A stretch of DNA of 64,000 nucleotides from an uncultured Candidatus Saccharibacteria bacterium (GCA_963545865.1 CAUUJX010000005.1:12529-76528), one strand, 5' to 3'. Positions 8,364-18,151 are shown, numbered from the stretch's first letter. Notes: generated from the letters alone by a model not told the origin. A program made the numbers and translations.

Positions 8364-10835
8364 ATGAAAGACATGAAACGATACAATCCTGCAGAAATCG
8401 AACCAAAATGGCAACAGCACTGGGCAGAAGACCAGCGCTACCGGGCGGATGACGCCTCTCCTAAACCAAAGTATTATGTGACCGGCATGTTCCCATACCC
8501 AAGCGGAGCAGGGATGCATGCAGGGCACTTTATGGAGCACTCCATTGTCGATGCAGTGGCGCGCTTCCGGCGCAGCCTTGGTCACGAGGTACTCTACCCA
8601 ATGGGCTGGGATAGCTTTGGCCTCCCTGCAGAGAATTACGCCATCAAGACAGGCAAAACGCCACAAGAGACGACCGCGACCAATATTGCTAACTTTACTA
8701 CTCAGCTTCGCCGCGTTGGTGCGAGTATCGATTGGAGCCGGGAGATCAACACGAGCGACCCAGAGTATTATCGCTGGACGCAGTGGATCTTTACGCAGCT
8801 CTTTGAGCGGGGCTTGGCGTACCAAAAGGACTCGCTCCAGTGGTGGTGCCCCAAGGATAAGACCGTGCTGGCAAATGAGCAGGTGATCAATGGCCGGTGC
8901 TGGCGCTGTGAAGAAGTGGTGGTGAAGAAGCCAATGAAGCAATGGTTCTTCAAGATTACTGAGTATGCTGACCAGCTCCTGGCCGATATCCCCGCGCTGG
9001 ACTGGCCAGACAAGATCAAACAAGCTCAGACCAACTGGATTGGCCGCAGCGAGGGAGCAGAGATCCGCTTCGCTCTTGATAAACCCGCGGCAGCTACAGA
9101 GAGCGAAACGGCCGATATCACCGTCTTTTCGACGCGCCCCGATACGCTCTTTGGTGCGACCTTCTTGGTGCTTGCGCCCGAACATCCGCTAGCGCAGCAG
9201 CTCGCGCGTGGTGATGCCCACGAGACGGTCTTGGCCTATATTGCCGAGGCAGTCAAGAAATCGGAGATTGAGCGCACCAATGACACGAAGGATAAAACGG
9301 GGGTCTTTACTGGAAGTTATGCCATGAATCCAGCAACGGGCGAGCGGATGCCTATCTGGGTGGCCGATTATGTCCTTGGCGGTTATGGCACCGGTGCAGT
9401 GATGGCTGTCCCGGCTCATGATGAGCGCGATGCCGCCTTTGCCGAGAAATACGAGCTGCCCATCGTCACCGTCATTGAGCGGCCCGACGACGACCCAGAC
9501 ACCGACCAATGTTACCATGGCGAAGGTGTGCTCGTTAATTCTGGTGCTTTTGATGGTATGCGCAGCGAAGATGCTCGTGAACAGATCGTGGCCTGGCTCG
9601 AGCAGGAAGGTCGTGGCCACGCCAAGGTAACCTACAAGATGCGTGACTGGCTGATCAGCCGCCAGCGCTACTGGGGCGCACCTATCCCGATCATCCACTG
9701 CCCCGAGCATGGTGCTGTGCCAGTGCCAGCGGCAGATCTACCCGTCGTCTTGCCAGCAGTGCAAGACTTCCAGCCGCGTGGTGATGGCAAATCCGTCCTT
9801 GCTGCTCAAGAAGAATGGGTGGCGACGACCTGCCCGACCTGTGGCGGCCCAGCTCAGCGCGAAACCGACACGATGGATGGCTATGCCTGCAGCAGCTGGT
9901 ATCTTCTGCGCTACACTGATCCACACAATGCTATGCAGGCCTGGGACCCAGCGCTGGCTAACCACTGGGCACCGCTTGATATGTATGTTGGTGGTGACCA
10001 TGCGACTGCTCACTTGCTCTATGTGCGCTTCTGGACGCACGTCTTCCGCGATCTTGGCCTTACAGGTTTTGCCGAACCGGTGCGGAAGCTCGTCTATCAT
10101 GGCCTCATTCAAGCCGAGGATGGCCGCAAGATGAGCAAGAGTCTTGGCAATGTCGTCGACCCGCTGGAGGTGATCGATGCGGGGTATGGGGCAGATGCGC
10201 TGCGTACCTTTGAGCTCTTCCTCGGGCCGATCGACGAGAACTCGAGCTGGAGTAGCCGAGGAATTGCTGGCGTCTATCGTTTCTTGAACCGCCTTTGGAC
10301 ATTGGTGCAAGAGTTTGATGATTGGCAGCAGCAGGGTGGAGCGCCTGGGCAGGTCGACGTCGCGCAGCTTGAGTCAATCATCCATGCCACAACGAAAAAG
10401 GTCACAAGTGATATCTACCGCCTGAGCTTCAACACAGCCATTGCTGGGCTCATGGAGTGCGTCAACGACCTCTACAAGCTCAAGACAACTGGCTTTACTG
10501 AGCAGTGGCAGCCAGCGCTCAAGACGCTGATCCAGCTAGTGCAGCCCTTTGCGCCGCACATGGCTGCTGAGCTATGGCAGCAGCTTGGTTATGGCGACCA
10601 GCTCGATTTTGCCGCCTGGCCAGAGTGGGACGAAGCAAAGATCGTCCGCGATACGATAACCATCGTTGTGCAAGTCAACGGTAAAGTCCGCGCTAAGCTC
10701 ACCACCGCGCCAGACGCTAGCGAAGCCGACATCACCGCCCGGGCCTTAGCAGATGATCGCGTCGCAAAATACCTCACTGGGTCGCCCAAGAAGGTTATCT
10801 ATGTCAAGCGTAAGCTCGTCAGTATCGTTGTCTAG
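8364..10835 (+). CDS. leuS: leucine--tRNA ligase
   Basis: 823 aa with a HIGH-type motif (PYPSGAGMHAGH) and KMSKS, class Ia editing-domain layout. The start may instead be the ATG at 8373, because a TGGTAGAAT -10 box abuts 8364. Confidence 0.93.
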   Translation: MKDMKRYNPAEIEPKWQQHWAEDQRYRADDASPKPKYYVTGMFPYPSGAGMHAGHFMEHSIVDAVARFRRSLGHEVLYPMGWDSFGLPAENYAIKTGKTPQETTATNIANFTTQLRRVGASIDWSREINTSDPEYYRWTQWIFTQLFERGLAYQKDSLQWWCPKDKTVLANEQVINGRCWRCEEVVVKKPMKQWFFKITEYADQLLADIPALDWPDKIKQAQTNWIGRSEGAEIRFALDKPAAATESETADITVFSTRPDTLFGATFLVLAPEHPLAQQLARGDAHETVLAYIAEAVKKSEIERTNDTKDKTGVFTGSYAMNPATGERMPIWVADYVLGGYGTGAVMAVPAHDERDAAFAEKYELPIVTVIERPDDDPDTDQCYHGEGVLVNSGAFDGMRSEDAREQIVAWLEQEGRGHAKVTYKMRDWLISRQRYWGAPIPIIHCPEHGAVPVPAADLPVVLPAVQDFQPRGDGKSVLAAQEEWVATTCPTCGGPAQRETDTMDGYACSSWYLLRYTDPHNAMQAWDPALANHWAPLDMYVGGDHATAHLLYVRFWTHVFRDLGLTGFAEPVRKLVYHGLIQAEDGRKMSKSLGNVVDPLEVIDAGYGADALRTFELFLGPIDENSSWSSRGIAGVYRFLNRLWTLVQEFDDWQQQGGAPGQVDVAQLESIIHATTKKVTSDIYRLSFNTAIAGLMECVNDLYKLKTTGFTEQWQPALKTLIQLVQPFAPHMAAELWQQLGYGDQLDFAAWPEWDEAKIVRDTITIVVQVNGKVRAKLTTAPDASEADITARALADDRVAKYLTGSPKKVIYVKRKLVSIVV

Positions 10836-10867
10836 AAATAGTCACCTTTACTAATCGTGCCGTAAAA

Positions 10868-10898
10868 AACAGGGTGCCTCATGGCGCGCCCTGTTTTG
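10868..10898 (+). terminator. intrinsic terminator after leuS
   Basis: Stem ACAGGG..GCC/GGC..CCCTGT followed by TTTTGGGTT. Confidence 0.55.
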
Positions 10899-10992
10899 GG
10901 TTGCGCGGTCACAGTCTCGTACTATGTAGGCATGTTCTACAAGTCTGTCAAAGCAGCGATGTAACTGTGCTGGTGGATCAGTTTTCTTACGT

Positions 10993-11472
10993 TTAGCCTA
11001 CAGGCACACAAATCGTCACCATCTTCAAATGCATATCACCATCAAATTCGAAGTGCACCCAGTTGCCGTCCTCTTCGTCATACTGGATCCAAGCTGAGCG
11101 GACCCATGTGGAATTCTTCTTTGCTTCATTGTCAGGAGTTCCAAGATGGCGAATAATTTCTTCTCGTGTTGCGGTGTTGGAAAATTCTGCAAACAGTGGA
11201 GTGGCATACGGTTTGTATTCCGAATCTTGTTGAGTGTACAAGGTGACTGCTTTAAGTACTCCATCTTTCCAGTGAAACTCTGTTCCAGAGTCATACAATG
11301 ACCAGTAGGATTCTATAGAGTCAAAGCCAATAAAATCTTTATCGATTTCATCAATGACAGGGGTGTCACCCGAGATATTAATGATATGTTGAACGTCCTT
11401 CTCGATACTTTCGTCACTTCGTCCGACTAAGTTGATATATTGATTAATATCTCCATCTATTTTTATTGCCAT
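10993..11472 (-). CDS. hypothetical protein, immunity-protein-like small cytoplasmic domain (unassigned)
   Basis: 159 aa with SD AAGGAG upstream. AT-rich and acidic, with no TM helix. It is the lone minus-strand gene between the leuS and rpmF-nusB operons. Confidence 0.55.
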   Translation of the reverse strand: MAIKIDGDINQYINLVGRSDESIEKDVQHIINISGDTPVIDEIDKDFIGFDSIESYWSLYDSGTEFHWKDGVLKAVTLYTQQDSEYKPYATPLFAEFSNTATREEIIRHLGTPDNEAKKNSTWVRSAWIQYDEEDGNWVHFEFDGDMHLKMVTICVPVG

Positions 11473-11517
11473 AGGTGCTCCTTGCTGAGACTAATAGTAT
11501 GTACCATATCATACAAT

Positions 11518-11539
11518 ATATGACAGATATCTGTCATAT
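11518..11539. promoter_or_regulatory. perfect 22-bp palindrome ATATGACAGATATCTGTCATAT (candidate operator)
   Basis: Read directly from the sequence. It lies 46-67 bp upstream of the minus-strand start at 11472, in the divergent region facing rpmF. Confidence 0.5.
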
Positions 11540-11727
11540 CAAAGCTATGATCTAGACGTTGTAACGAGTGTGTTCTTGATGGGGCAACAAGACGCAATAG
11601 CTCGCTTGGCAATTAGCTGCAAATATATTTTTCTATACAAAACGGCGCAAACACTAGAGAATTTTGCGCTTTTAGCGTATAATAGCTACAAGTTTTACGT
11701 CAGCCTAAAGAGAAGGAGATTTTTACT

Positions 11728-11880
11728 ATGGCTCAACCAAAAAAACAGAGTAGCCCACGCAAAACCGGTCTGCGCCGCAGCCACCTACGCCTCAAGCTTG
11801 CTCGTATGGTCAATAAGACCTCACCAGTTAAGGTCAAAACAACCAAGCGCGAGACTGGCGCTGCCAAAGCGGCTCGCTAG
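11728..11880 (+). CDS. rpmF: 50S ribosomal protein L32
   Basis: 50-codon ORF missing from the supplied track. SD AAGGAGA lies 7 nt upstream. MAQPKKQSSPRKTGLRRSHLRLK matches the L32 N-terminal signature (MAxPKxxxSxxxxxxRRxH). Confidence 0.7.
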   Translation: MAQPKKQSSPRKTGLRRSHLRLKLARMVNKTSPVKVKTTKRETGAAKAAR

Positions 11881-11927
11881 CTTTTCGTCGATAGCAAAGA
11901 ATTTTAACAAAAGAAAGAACCAACCAA

Positions 11928-12392
11928 ATGGCTTCGAACCGTCATCTTGGGCGTATAGTTGCACTCCAAACATTGTACGAATATGAATTCCGCCAGCAGG
12001 CGAACGATCCGCAGGCCGTGCCACGAGAGATTCTGGCGCGCAATCTTGAGCGTTATGAGTCGATCATTGGCGATCGAGCCTTTGTCGATACACTCGTTGC
12101 TGGGGTGATCGAGACGCAGGCCGCGCTTGACGCTCACTTACAACCAATTGCGCCAGAGTGGCCGCTTGATCAGATTGCTCGTGTCGACCGCAATATCTTG
12201 CGACTTGGCCTCTACGAGTTGCTGCACTGCCGCGCAACTGTTCCACCCAAGGTGGCGATTAACGAAGCAGTGGAGCTTGCTAAAGCGTTTGGTTCGGATA
12301 ATTCAAGCAAGTTTATCAACGGTGTACTCGGCACCGCCTATCGCAACTTGCCTGGGGAGACACCAGACGATGCCAACACCGTCACACTTTGA
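11928..12392 (+). CDS. nusB: transcription antitermination factor NusB
   Basis: 154 aa with R.VALQ.LYE at the N-terminus and AINEAVELAK..G......FINGVL at the C-terminus. Confidence 0.85.
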   Translation: MASNRHLGRIVALQTLYEYEFRQQANDPQAVPREILARNLERYESIIGDRAFVDTLVAGVIETQAALDAHLQPIAPEWPLDQIARVDRNILRLGLYELLHCRATVPPKVAINEAVELAKAFGSDNSSKFINGVLGTAYRNLPGETPDDANTVTL

Positions 12393-12879
12393 CCGACACT
12401 TCAATCGGTTTAAAAAATATTTTGGCCGTCGCAAGCCGTCTATTCAGGAAATTGTTCGTGAACCGACGGCTGGCGGCATTGTATTCCGCTACAATAGCGA
12501 CAACAAACTCGAAATCCTCCTAATTCAGGACGCTAAGGATCGCTGGACGATCCCCAAAGGGCATATTGAGAAAGGGGAAACTGCAGTGCAGACAGCTCGC
12601 CGGGAGATCGGCGAAGAGGCTGGGCTGCACGACCTTGATATGCTGGGCTGGCTGGGTAAAATTCACTTTCGCTACCGCCGAATGGAAAAGCTTGTCCTGA
12701 TGACGACACAGATCTACCTCGCTCGCGTCCGCACCAGCGGCAATGAGATTCAAAAAGAAGAATGGATGAATGGTATTAAGTGGTTTCCCTTTAGTAAGGC
12801 ACTTGACCTCATCGAGTACGAAGATATTGCCAAGCTTATGCTCAAAGCCAAGAAACGCATCCGAGAGGAGCGTCTATAA
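12370..12879 (+). CDS. NUDIX hydrolase
   Basis: Nudix box GHIEKGETAVQTARREIGEEAGL. Start placed at the ATG at 12370; the longer ORF from 12127 overlaps nusB out of frame. Confidence 0.75.
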   Translation: MPTPSHFDRHFNRFKKYFGRRKPSIQEIVREPTAGGIVFRYNSDNKLEILLIQDAKDRWTIPKGHIEKGETAVQTARREIGEEAGLHDLDMLGWLGKIHFRYRRMEKLVLMTTQIYLARVRTSGNEIQKEEWMNGIKWFPFSKALDLIEYEDIAKLMLKAKKRIREERL

Positions 12880-12902
12880 CGACAGAAACGAAAGGAGTTA
12901 CT

Positions 12903-13661
12903 ATGTCTGGCATGCCAACTGGCCCGTATCAAGCGTGGGCACAGCAAGCGCTCGGGTTTGAATATCACGATATTCAGCTCTTAATCACTGCACTCACCCA
13001 CCGCAGTTATGTCAATGAACACAAAAAATCCGTTACTGAGCACAACGAGCGCCTCGAGTTCTTGGGCGATGCTGTGCTGGAACTTGCGGTAACCGACTAT
13101 CTCTACCAACACTATGCCGAGCCAGAGGGTATCCTGACGAGCTGGCGCGCAGCGCTGGTCAATACTGAGAGTAATGCCGACTCGGGTGAAGCGCTCGGCT
13201 ATGGTTCGCTCATCCGGATGAGCCGAGGTGAGAAGCATGGCAGTAAGCGAGCGCACCGGCAGATTCTGGCTAATGCGTATGAAGCCGTGATTGGCTCGAT
13301 CTACCTGGAACGAGGCTATGAGGCGGCAGCCGAGTTTATTGCCAAGTATACCATTAGTAAGCTTGATGCCATCCTAGCCGATGGCTCGTGGCGCGACCCC
13401 AAGAGTCATCTACAAGAGGTGAGCCAACGAATCGACAGTGCTACGCCGGTGTATCGTGTCTTGGCGGAGGATGGCCCTGACCACGACAAAACCTTCACGC
13501 TTGGTGTCTTTGTCAATGATCGGCTGATGGGCCGCGGCACTGGCCCGAGCAAGCAGACCGCCCAGCAAAAGGCTGCTCGCGCTGCTCTGGCAGCCTACCA
13601 GCAGCAAGAGACTCAAACAGAGAAGATAGAAGAGTCAGCCAAGAGCTCAGACAAGTTTTGA
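12903..13661 (+). CDS. rnc: ribonuclease III
   Basis: RNase III signature ERLEFLGDAVLE plus a C-terminal dsRBD (KSHLQE...GPSKQTAQQKAAR). SD AAAGGAG upstream. Confidence 0.9.
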   Translation: MSGMPTGPYQAWAQQALGFEYHDIQLLITALTHRSYVNEHKKSVTEHNERLEFLGDAVLELAVTDYLYQHYAEPEGILTSWRAALVNTESNADSGEALGYGSLIRMSRGEKHGSKRAHRQILANAYEAVIGSIYLERGYEAAAEFIAKYTISKLDAILADGSWRDPKSHLQEVSQRIDSATPVYRVLAEDGPDHDKTFTLGVFVNDRLMGRGTGPSKQTAQQKAARAALAAYQQQETQTEKIEESAKSSDKF

Positions 13662-13760
13662 CCCGCAGATAAGCAACAAATTGACATCGCCAGCCAAACA
13701 GTGTAGACTTGTACAGAACGAACTAACGCAAATATAAGTCAAGAAAAGGAAGTTTTATTT

Positions 13761-14096
13761 ATGCTCGCAATTCGTTTGCAACGTCTTGGCCGCAAAGCCT
13801 ACCCAGTGTATCGGCTCGCCGTACAAGAGGCTCAGCGCCACCCATCAAGCGGCCGTGTAGTGGCCTATGTTGGCAACTACAATCCGCACACCAAAGAGGC
13901 TCATATCAATACCGAGCTTGCCCAAAAGTATCTTGATAATGGTGCCCAACCAACGCCACGTGTAGTCAAACTACTGGCTGCTGCTGGTGTATCGCTGCCA
14001 AAGTGGGTTAAGCAGCCCGCTGGCGACAAGCACAAGGCAGTCCGCAACCCAGAGAAGCTCCGCAAGCATCAGCCGAAGGAAGAGGCAGAGGCTTAA
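13761..14096 (+). CDS. rpsP: 30S ribosomal protein S16
   Basis: MLAIRLQRLGRKAYPVYRLAV is a classic S16 N-terminus. Basic C-terminal extension. Confidence 0.9.
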   Translation: MLAIRLQRLGRKAYPVYRLAVQEAQRHPSSGRVVAYVGNYNPHTKEAHINTELAQKYLDNGAQPTPRVVKLLAAAGVSLPKWVKQPAGDKHKAVRNPEKLRKHQPKEEAEA

Positions 14097-14121
14097 AGCG
14101 ACTCTCTTGCATAAGCATATC

Positions 14122-14156
14122 AACTGCTCCGCGTATCGTGGAGCAGTTTTGTATTT
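14122..14156 (+). terminator. intrinsic terminator after rpsP
   Basis: 9-bp stem AACTGCTCC/GGAGCAGTT followed by TTTTGTATTT. Confidence 0.7.
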
Positions 14157-14530
14157 ATTAGTATTGTTATAGTCTGAGTTGCAAAAAATGTCGAATTGCT
14201 TGGTCTCTACCTACCGCTGCTTTTCTCAAGAATATTGCAAAGGCTGATATCGCCCTCCAACCAGAGCCAGAAATCGGTTATCTCAAGCTATTTTATCTGA
14301 ATGCAGCCCTGAGAAGGGGTAACGTAAGAGAAGAGAAGGCTCTGATCTATCAGATATAATGAGTAGTCGTCTATTTCACTCGTTCACTAGGAGAGGATTT
14401 GCAGAGATCTCAGATGGCTTAGCGCATAGCCGTGCGCGCCGTATGTTGGTAGAATCCAGCCGGTATGCTACAATGAAAGCACAATCACAATAAATCTGAA
14501 TGACAGCATAAGGAGGGAAAGAAGAAAGCT

Positions 14531-14911
14531 ATGGCGACAATTGATCAACAGTTTGTCGAATATGTCGTAAAGTCGCTGGTGGAACATCCAGACGACGTGG
14601 TGGTCGATCGGGTGATCGACGAGAAGGGTGTTTTATTGACACTCACCGTCAACCCGGAGGATCTCGGCCGTGTGATTGGCCGGCGGGGCAGTACGGCGCA
14701 GAGTTTGCGTACCTTGCTGCGCGCGCTTGGCACGAAGAACAGTGCTCGCTACAACCTCAAGGTGGTGAACAATGATGAGCCACACACCGCAGCATCTCAG
14801 TCTGTGGATAACTTGACCACTGATACGGTGGATAACGATGATGAGAGCGAATCGGATTTTGCAAAAAAGTCTCGCCAAGAGCTTGCAGAACTCGACGACC
14901 TTGATATATAA
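14531..14911 (+). CDS. KH-domain RNA-binding protein (YlqC/UPF0109-like) with acidic C-terminal tail
   Basis: KH GxxG motif in VIGRRGSTAQSLRTLL. Position next to rpsP is conserved. SD AAGGAGGG upstream. Confidence 0.75.
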   Translation: MATIDQQFVEYVVKSLVEHPDDVVVDRVIDEKGVLLTLTVNPEDLGRVIGRRGSTAQSLRTLLRALGTKNSARYNLKVVNNDEPHTAASQSVDNLTTDTVDNDDESESDFAKKSRQELAELDDLDI

Positions 14912-15000
14912 TACGATCAGTTCAGAAACGAACTGCGAGAAAAAAATAAACGCTCTTTGCGAGCAAACCAACAAGGTTTGAGAGCCTTATTTGTACAAGA

Positions 15001-15027
15001 AAACTGCTGTGGAGGCAGTTTTTTTGT
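15001..15027 (+). terminator. intrinsic terminator after the KH gene
   Basis: Stem AAACTGC/GCAGTTT followed by a T-run. Confidence 0.65.
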
Positions 15028-15207
15028 TGGATGTTATTGAGCAACCTATTCATAATGCTACCACCCTATTGTTAGTTGTCGTAGTAGCTATATCTCAAAA
15101 TGGCGGAATATTACTTCACAATTGAAGTGAGTATATATACCTAACCAGAGCAGTGTCACGGTTAACCAAAGGAAGTATATAGTTGTATAATGTAGTTTCG
15201 TGCTATA

Positions 15208-15972
15208 ATGCCCTATACTATGAAAGATATCGTCACTACTCAACAGGCTCAGCCATTCCGGCTCGTTGGCGTTCGCTTGGTTACTATGGCAATCTTAGCA
15301 GCTATCACGTATGCTGTACTTAAATTTACCGGTATCAGTAGTGATTTTCCACCGCTTGATATGATTTATTTTCCATTTGTCAACATTATCTGTAGTGTTG
15401 TTATTTGGCGTGAATTCCGGCGGTGTCATGTCTCGGTGTGGGAGTATCTTGGGTTTGAGAAGCGGCGCCTTGGGAAAGACATTGCTTGGGGTGTACTATG
15501 GCTCTTTGTTACTTATATTCCGATGATAATTATGCTTATGGCAGCGATGTATCTCATGTTTGGTGCGGAAATGTTTTCGCATTTCGAGCAGGTATTTACA
15601 AAGTCTGCTCCGCAGCTGCCGTCAAGTTTTTTATCGGTCATAAGTATCTTTAGTGCAATTGTATTTCTTGTTAATGCGCCAATTGAGGAGATTATTTATC
15701 GAGGGTGGCTGCAGCGTGGTCTAGCGAAGCGCTTTGGTGTTGTAATTGCCATTCTTATCCAGGGTATACTCTTTGGCTTGCAACACATGATGTTTGCTGG
15801 AGACGTTCGCGGTATGATTTCGTACGCCTTTATGTTCTTGGCATGGGGTGTGACAGCAGGTATTATTGTTCATCGGCAGCAGCGTTTAGCGCCAATGGTA
15901 ATTGCTCACTGGATTGTCAATATTGCACTTGGCGTGGGTCCAATGATTGCAATTGCATTCATGGCATCCTAA
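15208..15972 (+). CDS. CPBP family intramembrane glutamic endopeptidase (CAAX protease / Abi type)
   Basis: Motifs EEIIYRGWLQ, FGLQH and HWIVN on a polytopic membrane scaffold. The ATG at 15220 is an alternative start because a TGCTATAAT box overlaps 15208. Confidence 0.7.
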   Translation: MPYTMKDIVTTQQAQPFRLVGVRLVTMAILAAITYAVLKFTGISSDFPPLDMIYFPFVNIICSVVIWREFRRCHVSVWEYLGFEKRRLGKDIAWGVLWLFVTYIPMIIMLMAAMYLMFGAEMFSHFEQVFTKSAPQLPSSFLSVISIFSAIVFLVNAPIEEIIYRGWLQRGLAKRFGVVIAILIQGILFGLQHMMFAGDVRGMISYAFMFLAWGVTAGIIVHRQQRLAPMVIAHWIVNIALGVGPMIAIAFMAS

Positions 15973-16066
15973 GCCGAATATTTTGTAAAAGTAAAAGTGC
16001 GTATTTCATTGGGTTACATAATAACGGATTGGCGTATTTCATGAAAGCGAACGAGCCAAAGAGACA

Positions 16067-16393
16067 TTACCGCAGCCGGCTCAAAATATTCGTTAAGCCA
16101 GCAATACCGGCAATAAGCAAGAGTAAAACGCCGATGATTACAATCAGCGCACCATAATGGGGTTGGTACCTTGGTGGATTGTAGCTCTGAGTGCGGTGCG
16201 GATCGTGGCGGGTAGCTTCGGTATCAATCGAGATATTGGCAATCGCTGGCTCCACAAGGTGCCGAGCTACCGCTGCCTCGCCGTCGAACTGCTCGAGGGT
16301 AATATTCTCGTTGAGTGGTGTGATGGTCGTACGCCGGCTCGATAGCTCGAGGCGCTGCGCGGTAGTATTGCCTGTCTCTGATCCAAAGTCCAT
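16067..16393 (-). CDS. hypothetical C-terminally membrane-anchored protein
   Basis: Start placed at the ATG at 16393, with a TGTTATACT box 9 nt upstream. The longer ORF from 16423 would contain the promoter. Single C-terminal TM helix (ALIVIIGVLLLLIAGIAGL). Confidence 0.45.
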   Translation of the reverse strand: MDFGSETGNTTAQRLELSSRRTTITPLNENITLEQFDGEAAVARHLVEPAIANISIDTEATRHDPHRTQSYNPPRYQPHYGALIVIIGVLLLLIAGIAGLTNILSRLR

Positions 16394-16493
16394 AGCATAA
16401 CCAGTATAACAAATAAAAAACATAAGCGTAAAGACCCAAAAAGCTCTCGCAATATGTTAGACGGTCTTGCAGTAATTTGCTACACTAGGAGAG

Positions 16494-17150
16494 ATGAAAA
16501 AATTCCAAGTGATTAGCCTGTTTCCGGAGATGTTTTCTGGTGTGTTTGAAGCTTCAATGCTGTGGAAGGCGCAGCAGCGAGGCTTAGTGGAGCTGACGAC
16601 GGTTGATCTGCGCCAATTTGGGCTCGGTCCTCGCCGAACGGTCGACGATACACCGTATGGCGGTGGCGATGGTATGCTATTGCGTGTTGAGCCACTCTGG
16701 AGGGCGGTGCGGCACGCCAAAGAGCGCGACCCGACTGCCAAAGTGCTCATCATGACGCCGCGGGGCCAACGGTGGAATCAGGCGCTTGCGCAGCAGTATA
16801 GCCAAACCGACCATGGTTATATCTTCATCTGTGGGCGCTACGAGGGGTACGACGAGCGAATTATGCAGGTGGTTGACCAAGCGCTCCGGGTGGGTGACTA
16901 TGTCCTGACTGGTGGTGAGTTGCCCGCGATGACGATTATCGACTCGATTGTGCGACTGATCCCTGGCGTCCTTGGTGGTGAGATGAGCGCAGCGATTGAG
17001 AGCTTTAGTGATGGTCAGACGCTGGAATTTCCGCAATATACACGCCCAGAGGTGTGGCAAGGGGTGGCAGTACCCGAGGTATTGCTCAGTGGCCACCACG
17101 GCAAAATTGCGGCTTGGCGTGCAGAGCATTCGCTCCCAGTAGATGACTAG
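16494..17150 (+). CDS. trmD: tRNA (guanine37-N1)-methyltransferase
   Basis: 218 aa with DDTPYGGGDGM, ICGRYEGYDERI and LTGGELPAM, which are TrmD hallmarks. Confidence 0.92.
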   Translation: MKKFQVISLFPEMFSGVFEASMLWKAQQRGLVELTTVDLRQFGLGPRRTVDDTPYGGGDGMLLRVEPLWRAVRHAKERDPTAKVLIMTPRGQRWNQALAQQYSQTDHGYIFICGRYEGYDERIMQVVDQALRVGDYVLTGGELPAMTIIDSIVRLIPGVLGGEMSAAIESFSDGQTLEFPQYTRPEVWQGVAVPEVLLSGHHGKIAAWRAEHSLPVDD

Positions 17151-17354
17151 CCCTTTCTATACAAAAGAAACACCCGAGCATGCCATAGGCACTCGGGCGT
17201 TCTGTTGTGGTGGATATATCGGAGAGCGACTGATACAAGTATGTATATATAAATGTTTATGTTTGTAACGTTCGCTCCCTCTATAGTAGCGAACATGTGG
17301 CACAAGTGCAAGGAAATGCGTGTAAAACAGGGTAATATCTGATATGATAAGGTT

Positions 17355-17855
17355 ATGAAGCAGCGTATGATTAGGTTTTGGCTTGGGTTATTTCAGGCGA
17401 TTTTTCCAGAACATTTGCGGCGCGATCCTGCGTATTGGCGGCGTCTTGCGCTTGGTATCGTCGTGACGTTTTTGGTCATCACGCAGCTCTTTACTTTTGA
17501 GAAGTTTGCTGATATTACCAGCGGGTGGCGTGTGGCTGGTGGGGGAGTGGTGGCTGCTCTCTTGGCTGGCTTGTTGCCGCTGCTTGAGCTGGGCAGCTTG
17601 CCATTTTTGCTCTCGATGGATACGTCGCGGGGGTCGCGCTGTATTTCGCAGGCATGTTTGCTTGTAGTGAGCGCAGTGTGGTTTGGTATGGCACTGTGGT
17701 GTTTTCTCGCTGTGCCAATGAGTGAATCGGGCCTCTTTGGGGCGACCTTGCCATTACTCAATGGCTGGTGGACGGTAGCATTCACAGGCTTACTTGGCGT
17801 GGCAGTGGTGCTTGTGGTACGCGAAGCAAATAGCTCAAAGTCCACTTGTGATTGA
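17355..17855 (+). CDS. hypothetical polytopic membrane protein
   Basis: 166 aa with about 4 TM helices. TGATATGAT box 6 nt upstream of the ATG. Confidence 0.5.
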   Translation: MKQRMIRFWLGLFQAIFPEHLRRDPAYWRRLALGIVVTFLVITQLFTFEKFADITSGWRVAGGGVVAALLAGLLPLLELGSLPFLLSMDTSRGSRCISQACLLVVSAVWFGMALWCFLAVPMSESGLFGATLPLLNGWWTVAFTGLLGVAVVLVVREANSSKSTCD

Positions 17856-18151
17856 TGAACGATCAGCCTAGGGTGCCTCAATAGTAAAAATTCGCTATTA
17901 ATTACCGCATTTCCTCCACACTCTCCGAGGAGCACCACTGTAGTTGGTGTTTTCGAGAGTATTAGACTTCAGTGTTAGGTTAAAATATCGCAGTCCGATC
18001 AACTTTGATTTATCAGAAAAATAAAAAACTGAGGAGCTGATACATATAAGAGAAGTAAAACCCGAGTGGGGATGTAATCGAACAGATATCCCAAATAAAG
18101 TCGCGATAAAACAAATTACCAGCCGACAAAAGGCTGGTAATAATGATAGCT

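Noticed and set aside
8352-9185. 277-aa ORF on the minus strand
   Set aside because: It is entirely antisense to the well-supported leuS CDS. It has Arg/Leu/Pro-rich shadow-ORF composition and no RBS.
12127-12369. N-terminal 81 codons of the 250-aa NUDIX ORF
   Set aside because: They overlap nusB out of frame and have no homology-like features. The Nudix domain begins after the ATG at 12370.
14900-14911. KH protein ending DDLDI, similar to the EXLDI motif
   Set aside because: The protein is clearly a KH-domain/UPF0109 protein with an acidic tail. The terminal LDI is most likely coincidence.
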